A DNA stretch of 35,498 nucleotides from a virus (lineage: Duplodnaviria; Caudoviricetes), in IMG/VR virus record IMGVR_UViG_3300025018_000330, positions 1 through 35,498 of that record; one strand, written 5' to 3'. The first letter of the stretch is position 1; each line of letters begins with the position of its first letter. Below the pieces are notes generated by a model. That model was not told where the DNA came from and made no database searches. It saw nothing but the letters and a program-made list of their open reading frames with translations. The translations under genes and the position numbers were made by a program. Below, piece after piece: positions 30,163 through 35,498 of the stretch.

Positions 30163-30412
30163 TTTTTTTTCGATAATTAGTACATTTTGGCACGTTTGAC
30201 TATTCCTCCTATTCCTCCGGAGGATCGGAAATAAATTATGTCTTCCCACCCCCCCCTTGCTCCTCTCCTCCTCCCTCCTGGGAAGCATCTTGTACTTTTT
30301 CTACCTGTAGTCTACGTGTTGTACTTGTTGCTTCTTCCCAGTATGGTTATCGTCGAGTTGGCTTCGGCCGGAAATCTTGACCACTCTCCGGCGTGGTGTT
30401 GTCAAAGACAAC
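30163..30412. other. Non-coding pyrimidine-rich structured region, candidate replication origin
   Basis: Strand skew reverses; polypyrimidine tract 30241-30279; palindrome 30213-30224; several short direct repeats. Confidence 0.4.
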
Positions 30413-30442
30413 AAAAAGAACCGGAATTAACCGGTTTTCTTT
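30412..30442 (-). terminator. Putative intrinsic terminator of the minus-strand unit
   Basis: Minus strand reads AAAGAAAACCGG-TTAATT-CCGGTTCTTTTTG, a hairpin followed by a U-tract. Confidence 0.5.
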
Positions 30443-30624
30443 GATATTTTCGACAGATTTTTGCAAAAAGCATGGAGAAGTTTTGTCTTTTGGGTGATTT
30501 CTTTTTGATTGCGACCCTCGAGAAAGACAAGGAATACGCCGCCGACAAGCTGATTCTCAACTAGGTGATCATGCCACCCTAAGGGGATTTGTTCGGAAGA
30601 GAGGCCTATTTTCTTTGTGTACAT
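30427..30624 (-). CDS. Possible 65-aa protein (MYTKKIGLSSEQ...), the only candidate minus-strand gene
   Basis: Between a near-consensus minus-strand promoter and a terminator; A-rich on its coding strand; no family recognised. Confidence 0.4.
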   Translation of the reverse strand: MYTKKIGLSSEQIPLGWHDHLVENQLVGGVFLVFLEGRNQKEITQKTKLLHAFCKNLSKISKKTG

Positions 30625-30701
30625 TAAAAAAGCTACCTTTCGTCTGAGCTGTGCTGTGTTGCGGACACAGCTCACGCGGAAAATAGCTGATTACAACACA
30701 G

Positions 30702-30730
30702 ATTATAGACGGACACCTAACTGGCGTCAA
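30702..30730 (-). promoter_or_regulatory. Minus-strand sigma70 promoter TTGACG-17-TATAAT (second candidate TTGACA-17-CATAGT at 30763-30735)
   Basis: Plus strand ATTATA 30702-30707 and CGTCAA 30725-30730, exactly 17 nt apart. Confidence 0.75.
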
Positions 30731-30756
30731 GTCCACTATGGAACATGTAAAGTCAA

Positions 30757-31470
30757 ATGTCAAGTGGCTTCAAAGGTGGTATAAATGAGTTGATGAACCA
30801 AGCAAACAAGCACAAAATAAGAAAGACATACCCGAAGAATTTTCCGGAAAACATTGAAGCCCTAGAGAGAGATGGGTGGAAATGTGTGAGGTGTGGCGAG
30901 GAGGAAGACATAATTGTCCACCATATCGATGGAAGTCGGAGACTTGGGCTAAATAGGATGAACCGGTCGCTAGACAACCTAATGACCTTGTGTTGGACAT
31001 GCCACTCTAAAGAACATGGAAATAGGGTAATTGACATTGATGAGATGCTTAACTTGAAAAGATCAGGAAAGACATTAAAGGAGGTCGGTGAGCTTTTTGG
31101 AGTTTCTAGGCAGAGAATCCACCAAATTATGAACAAGCAGTTGGCACTTGACAAAATAACGCAAATACGCAATAATGTAGGTATAAGCATTAGCAAACAA
31201 AGCAAAACAAATGAAAAAACTGTACAACACAATCCTCGAAGAGATCGCCTACCGCCTACAACTCACGGTAAACAAATTACTCAACAGCCAAATAAGATGA
31301 GCCTACTAATAATGGAAAAGAAAATCCGCCACCACCTAAGCTTCCATGTCGATGAAAAAATGCACAACGACATCCGAAGACTCGCATACAAAGACAAACG
31401 ACTCAAGGCGGCCGAAGCCCGTCAGTTAATAAAAGAAGCCATACAAAACAGAAAGGAGGAAACAAAATGA
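30757..31470 (+). CDS. HNH endonuclease plus sigma70-region-4-like HTH; frame stays open into the downstream RHH gene
   Basis: ERDGWKCVRC...VHHID...N.SLDNLMTLCWTCH..EH; GKTLKEVGELFGVSRQRIHQI. Confidence 0.8.
   Translation: MSSGFKGGINELMNQANKHKIRKTYPKNFPENIEALERDGWKCVRCGEEEDIIVHHIDGSRRLGLNRMNRSLDNLMTLCWTCHSKEHGNRVIDIDEMLNLKRSGKTLKEVGELFGVSRQRIHQIMNKQLALDKITQIRNNVGISISKQSKTNEKTVQHNPRRDRLPPTTHGKQITQQPNKMSLLIMEKKIRHHLSFHVDEKMHNDIRRLAYKDKRLKAAEARQLIKEAIQNRKEETK
31148..31176 (+). promoter_or_regulatory. Sigma70 promoter TTGACA-17-AATAAT, internal to the HNH ORF, driving the early operon
   Basis: Consensus -35, 17-nt spacer, 5/6 -10. Confidence 0.7.
31211..31300 (+). CDS. 29-aa peptide MKKLYNTILEEIAYRLQLTVNKLLNSQIR in an alternative frame
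   Basis: AAAGCAAAACAA leader after the promoter; its TGA overlaps ATG 31297. Confidence 0.5.
   Translation: MKKLYNTILEEIAYRLQLTVNKLLNSQIR
31297..31470 (+). CDS. Ribbon-helix-helix (Arc-like) regulator
   Basis: HLSFHVDEKMHNDIRRLAYKDKRLKAAEARQLIKEAI; ATGA-coupled on both sides. Confidence 0.65.
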   Translation: MSLLIMEKKIRHHLSFHVDEKMHNDIRRLAYKDKRLKAAEARQLIKEAIQNRKEETK

Positions 31471-31700
31471 ACAACAAAGAGAAAGCGATCAAGGTCAGAG
31501 AAGACATCAAAAAGGGTCTGACAGTCGCCAAATACATGCTACAAGGCGCGCTAGGCCTGATAGCCATCATCGCGATAGTCTGGAGTATAAACAACATGGA
31601 CGTAATTGCCAAAGCGGTAAAATACCCAGAAGCGGTGAGAGAGATGGAGATCACAGTCCAGGTCACCAAGACCCAACTGATCTCCCCGATAGCAAAATAA
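31467..31700 (+). CDS. Small single-TM membrane protein
   Basis: YMLQGALGLIAIIAIVWSI. Confidence 0.7.
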   Translation: MNNKEKAIKVREDIKKGLTVAKYMLQGALGLIAIIAIVWSINNMDVIAKAVKYPEAVREMEITVQVTKTQLISPIAK

Positions 31701-31720
31701 TTAGTAAATAACGCACAAAA

Positions 31721-32539
31721 ATGGAACCAAACCAAAACGGCGAACAGCCAAAGACAGAATTAGTAACCACAGGATATTTTAATCCGCAAGTGTGGGCGCA
31801 GATGAAAGACATGAGCCAAGTGTTTTTCACCTCGAAAGCCATACCTAGCTACATCACCAATGCGCCTCAGCTAACGATGATCCTCCAAGCCGGACACGAA
31901 ATGGGAATGAAACCGGTCGAAGCCATGAAGTCGCTCTACATAGTGAACGGCAACATCAACCTATGGGGATCGTCCATCATCAGACGACTCCGCGAACACG
32001 GCTGGAGAATCCAGTACGAGATGAAAGTTGAAAAAGGCGGAACCTGTATAGCGACAGTCACCAAGGGAGATGAGAAGTACGCGGAAACCATGAGCTTCGA
32101 GAGCGCAGAGTTATCCGGATACACCAAATCCAGCTCAGGTGCCTTGAAAGTCGGCTGGAAGCCAGGAGTGAATCGCAACCTCAAACTGAGATACGGAGTC
32201 ATCAGCATGATAGTGAAGACCTACATCCCAGAGGTACTCGGAAGCGCGTCAGACATCGTAGAGGTCGCAGAAGACCGACCAGTCGAAGAGGGGGAGATAG
32301 TAGCCCAACCGACCCAAGATGGCAAGAGTGTCATCATCAAGGGAGCCGACAAGACCGCCATCGGAGACTTCATAGCAAAGGCCAAGGCTAAAAAAGAAGA
32401 AGAGAAGAAACCCCAGGCATCTGGTAAGGACATCAATGTCCCGACCAAACCGGTCGAACCTGATCCAAAAGAGGAGCTAGATAATGCGCAAAAAGATGGT
32501 AATGTTAAAGAGAATACTAACGAAAATAAAGCAAAATGA
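31721..32539 (+). CDS. RecT/Redbeta-like single-strand annealing protein
   Basis: AGHEMGMKPVEAMKSLYIVNG...W...LKLRY...YIPEVLG; charged disordered tail; next to exonuclease. Confidence 0.65.
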   Translation: MEPNQNGEQPKTELVTTGYFNPQVWAQMKDMSQVFFTSKAIPSYITNAPQLTMILQAGHEMGMKPVEAMKSLYIVNGNINLWGSSIIRRLREHGWRIQYEMKVEKGGTCIATVTKGDEKYAETMSFESAELSGYTKSSSGALKVGWKPGVNRNLKLRYGVISMIVKTYIPEVLGSASDIVEVAEDRPVEEGEIVAQPTQDGKSVIIKGADKTAIGDFIAKAKAKKEEEKKPQASGKDINVPTKPVEPDPKEELDNAQKDGNVKENTNENKAK

Positions 32540-34419
32540 ACGAAGTAAACTTGCCCATCGAACACCTCTCCTATAGCTCAATGAAGCTATTCTGCGCCAA
32601 TCAACAGCAATTCTTCAAAAACTACATCCTAGGCCAATGGGACTATAAAAGCTCAATGGTGGCCAGCGTAGGCAAAGCATTCCACAAAGCCGCCGAAATC
32701 TACTACAAACAAGGCAACTGGGATCAGGCCATAGATGCCGGACTGGAGTTCATCAACAAGATCAAAGACGAAGAAGTCGACTGGGGAAAGACCGGATCAA
32801 GAGAACAACTCATCAAAGACTTCCACGCCGCCATAAGCTTCTACCAGGCAGAAGAGCCAACACTAGGAAAAGTAATAGGAGTCGAGCTGAACACAGTCAC
32901 CGACCACGGATTTGATGGAGAGCAGTTGCCGGTACCTGTCAAAGCCATCAGCGACCTTGTGACCGAAGAAGAAAAGGGGATCGTAATCACCGACCACAAG
33001 GTAGTCGCCTCATTTTCCGACAAAGAAGAAGAGCAACCGGACTACACGATGCAAGCAATGTTCAACTACCTGACAGTCCAGGCGAAATTCGGCAAAGCTC
33101 CATACTCGATGATTTTCCGAGAGATTAAGAAGACCCAGAACCGAGATGGAAGCTCCCAAATAGACGAATATGAGATCGTCTTCGATAAGCACCCAGAGTA
33201 CAGACTCTACTTTTTCAGCCTCTACACAGACGTGATAGTGACCCTCGCAGACGAGAATCACCGCTACCTACCAAACTTCGGGGACATGTACTCAGGCAAA
33301 GAAGCCTGGGTCGACTACACCGCCGGAAAGATTGACTTCAAGTCACTACCCAAAGTAAGCCACCGGACAAAGTTCACCGGAGAGGTGCGTGATGTCAAAT
33401 TTATCGAACAGGCAATGGTAGAGGATGCTACCTTGACTGAAGAGCAAAAAATCAAAGCCAAGCTTAAAGAGTTCGGAATGGCCGTAGAAATGGACGAGAC
33501 ACATCGAGGCCTAAATGTTACCCTATACACAATGAAGCCATCTAGGGGCATCAGAATGAGCCAGTTTACGAGCCACGCACAAGACATAGCCCAAGCACTT
33601 GCCGCCAAATCGGTGAGGGTCGAAGCCCCGATCCCAGGGACAAGCCTAGTAGGATTTGAGATAAGCAACTCAAGCCAAGGAGTAGCTCCCTGGACAGAAG
33701 ACCTCATCCAAAAAGACACGATGAACATCCCGATCGGAGTAGACGTGTACGGAAAATCCAAACACATCAACTTGGCCAAAGCCCCTCACCTGCTAGTCGG
33801 AGGAGCCACCGGATCAGGAAAATCAGTCTTCATGAACGTAGCCATCGACACCCTGATCAAGCAGAACGACTCGGAAAGCATGAAGCTCATGCTGATCGAC
33901 CCCAAGCGTACAGAGTTCATCGACTACGAGAATGACGACCACCTGATCTACAACATCATCACCGAATCAGAAGATGCCGCCGCCGCCCTCGGATGGGCAA
34001 CAGAAGAGATGGAGAGCCGCTACAAACAGCTCAGAGACATGAGGGTAAAGAGCATAGAAGAGTACCGCAAGAACAAAAACGACATGCCTTACCTAGTCAT
34101 AGTAATAGACGAACTCGCCGACCTGATGCTATCACCGGAGCAAAAAGAGATCGAAAAATCGATAGTGAGACTCGCCCAAAAAGCCAGAGCAGTCGGCATC
34201 CACCTGATCGTAGCGACCCAAAGGCCGAGTGTCGACGTAGTCACCGGACTAATCAAAGCGAACTTCCCAACCAGAGTCAGCTTCATGGTATCAACCCAGG
34301 TCGACTCAAAGGTCATAATTGACGAAGCCGGAGCCGAAAAACTAGTCGGCCAAGGCGATCTACTACTCATGAACCCTCGTGAAAAAGGACTAAAACGCCT
34401 GCAAGGGTATTATAAATAA
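32536..34419 (+). CDS. PD-(D/E)XK nuclease fused to FtsK/SpoIIIE ATPase (alpha-beta motor, no TM and no gamma domain)
   Basis: HLSYSS, GKAFH, SDLV...ITDHK, Q motif; VRVEAPIPG, PHLLVGGATGSGKS, LIDPK, VIDELADL, ARAVGIHLIVATQRPS, GAEKLVGQGD. Confidence 0.92.
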   Translation: MNEVNLPIEHLSYSSMKLFCANQQQFFKNYILGQWDYKSSMVASVGKAFHKAAEIYYKQGNWDQAIDAGLEFINKIKDEEVDWGKTGSREQLIKDFHAAISFYQAEEPTLGKVIGVELNTVTDHGFDGEQLPVPVKAISDLVTEEEKGIVITDHKVVASFSDKEEEQPDYTMQAMFNYLTVQAKFGKAPYSMIFREIKKTQNRDGSSQIDEYEIVFDKHPEYRLYFFSLYTDVIVTLADENHRYLPNFGDMYSGKEAWVDYTAGKIDFKSLPKVSHRTKFTGEVRDVKFIEQAMVEDATLTEEQKIKAKLKEFGMAVEMDETHRGLNVTLYTMKPSRGIRMSQFTSHAQDIAQALAAKSVRVEAPIPGTSLVGFEISNSSQGVAPWTEDLIQKDTMNIPIGVDVYGKSKHINLAKAPHLLVGGATGSGKSVFMNVAIDTLIKQNDSESMKLMLIDPKRTEFIDYENDDHLIYNIITESEDAAAALGWATEEMESRYKQLRDMRVKSIEEYRKNKNDMPYLVIVIDELADLMLSPEQKEIEKSIVRLAQKARAVGIHLIVATQRPSVDVVTGLIKANFPTRVSFMVSTQVDSKVIIDEAGAEKLVGQGDLLLMNPREKGLKRLQGYYK

Positions 34420-34427
34420 TAAAAACA

Positions 34428-34664
34428 ATGGAACAATACAGAATAATCACCATCGACATCACCCAAATAGACGAGGAGCAGGAAGAAATGCTCAACGACA
34501 TACCAGGAGTGATCTCAAAGCAATCGACTGAAATGAGATCGGAAATGAGACACTCCGAAGAAAGCATAGACAATGCCCTGAAAGAGGTAAAAAAAGACAT
34601 CATCGACTATGAGCATGATGTAGAAGATATCAAACTAGATCATGTGAAAGGAGACATGGAATGA
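34428..34664 (+). CDS. Acidic hypothetical protein
   Basis: ORF track; D/E-rich; ATGA-coupled to next gene. Confidence 0.65.
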   Translation: MEQYRIITIDITQIDEEQEEMLNDIPGVISKQSTEMRSEMRHSEESIDNALKEVKKDIIDYEHDVEDIKLDHVKGDME

Positions 34665-35146
34665 TAAACAAAATAATACTCTCATTTACCTGGCTGATAG
34701 TCGGACTGTTCGGAGGCTTCTACGGCTCCAACTACTATTACCGGATCGTAAAAACCGACCCAGCCTACATTCAAACCTCCTCGTACACGGACATGATCCG
34801 GCTGATAAACAAGGAAAGAGTGATCCAAGGACTCAAACCCCTAGTTGAAAACGACCTCCTGAACAAATCAGCCAGAGCCAAAGCCTGTGACATGAAAGAA
34901 AAAGGATACTTCGAACACGTAAGCCCAGATGGCCAAGAGCCTTGGGTATTTATGAAAGCGGCCGGATACAACTACTACACCGCCGGAGAGAACATTGCAG
35001 TCTCCTACGACAGCACCAAAAAGCTCGCAGAGGCATACCTGAAGAGTCCATCACACCGCGACAACATCCTGAACCCCGAATACACAGAGGTAGGAGTCGG
35101 AGAGTGTGGCATTTACTCAGTCGAACACTTCGGGATGAGAAAATGA
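34661..35146 (+). CDS. CAP (SCP/PR-1, YkwD-like) domain protein with N-terminal TM
   Basis: INKER..GL.PL..N..L...A..KA.DM...YFEH..PDG, AGENIA, SPSHRDNIL...YTEVGVG. Confidence 0.9.
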   Translation: MINKIILSFTWLIVGLFGGFYGSNYYYRIVKTDPAYIQTSSYTDMIRLINKERVIQGLKPLVENDLLNKSARAKACDMKEKGYFEHVSPDGQEPWVFMKAAGYNYYTAGENIAVSYDSTKKLAEAYLKSPSHRDNILNPEYTEVGVGECGIYSVEHFGMRK

Positions 35147-35430
35147 AACCGGCGCAGTTTTTCAAAATCCCATCGGAAAGCACCCCAGGAGTCGTGTACA
35201 CCGTAATCCACAAAGCAGACGGCACATGGTCATGCAGTTGCCCCCAGGGGATATTCCAAGGCCGATGCAAACACCAGATCAAAGCAATGGGGACGAAGAT
35301 ACCGGAACCAGCCCAGCAGAGCCTTGTGGAGCCAACAGAACTGCCCACGTTACCTAAAAGGAAGAAGACAATCGCCGAAATACAAGCCGCACTACTGGAA
35401 ATGGGACGAAATAGAAGTGTCACTCATTGA
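35143..35430 (+). CDS. SWIM zinc-finger protein
   Basis: YTV...WSCSCP...CKH; start at ATG 35143 overlapping the CAP stop. Confidence 0.8.
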   Translation: MKPAQFFKIPSESTPGVVYTVIHKADGTWSCSCPQGIFQGRCKHQIKAMGTKIPEPAQQSLVEPTELPTLPKRKKTIAEIQAALLEMGRNRSVTH

Positions 35431-35435
35431 TCCAG

Positions 35436-35464
35436 TTGACAAACGAAATCTTATGTAATTAAAT
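35436..35464 (+). promoter_or_regulatory. Sigma70-like promoter (TTGACA, AT-rich -10 region) for the junction-spanning operon leading to groES-groEL
   Basis: Consensus -35; shares motifs with the promoters at 3378, 8130 and 22546. Confidence 0.55.
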
Positions 35465-35486
35465 AAGAATTAGCATATAAAGCATA

Positions 35487-35498
35487 TGAAAGTACAAA
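35487..35498 (+). repeat. Terminal overlap identical to 1-12
   Basis: Exact match. Confidence 0.85.

Noticed and set aside
30238-30444. 68-aa + strand ORF
   Set aside because: Low-complexity translation of the pyrimidine tract, with composition opposite to real + strand genes
30163-30760. CRISPR or mini-array in the non-coding region
   Set aside because: Repeats are only 8-9 nt, occur in two copies and lack regular spacing; no cas operon
32536-34419. FtsK ATPase as genome-packaging motor or chromosomal ftsK contamination
   Set aside because: TerS, TerL and portal are present; the gene lacks TM and gamma domains and is coupled within a phage operon

Overview
This window appears to be a complete circular genome (about 35,486 bp) of a short-tailed, podovirus-like dsDNA phage. 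The last 12 nt repeat the first 12 nt, and joining them completes an ORF across the junction. Almost all genes are on the + strand. Recognisable modules are: a host-like groES-groEL operon; NinG-like nuclease and ParB-MTase; TerS, TerL, portal, scaffold and major capsid; internal virion proteins; a glycosyltransferase plus methyltransferase pair; tail adaptor, nozzle and fibres; amidase and holin; and an early module with HNH-HTH, RHH regulators, a RecT-like annealase and a PD-(D/E)XK nuclease fused to an FtsK ATPase. The chaperonin sequences, CAP and SLT proteins, DUF5659-like protein and absence of Shine-Dalgarno sites suggest a Patescibacteria (CPR, probably Microgenomates) host; this is inference from remembered family features. 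I recognised no polymerase, helicase, primase, replication initiator or integrase. Most interesting: (1) a cassette between terS and terL with an Acb2/Tad1-like hairpin protein and three tRNA-shaped RNAs lacking canonical anticodon loops; (2) the nuclease-FtsK fusion beside recT; (3) one minus-strand promoter firing into a structured, G-rich, origin-like region; (4) near-total GCWGC avoidance; (5) leaderless sigma70 transcription units with shared operator-like motifs. All family assignments are by eye, with no database searches.
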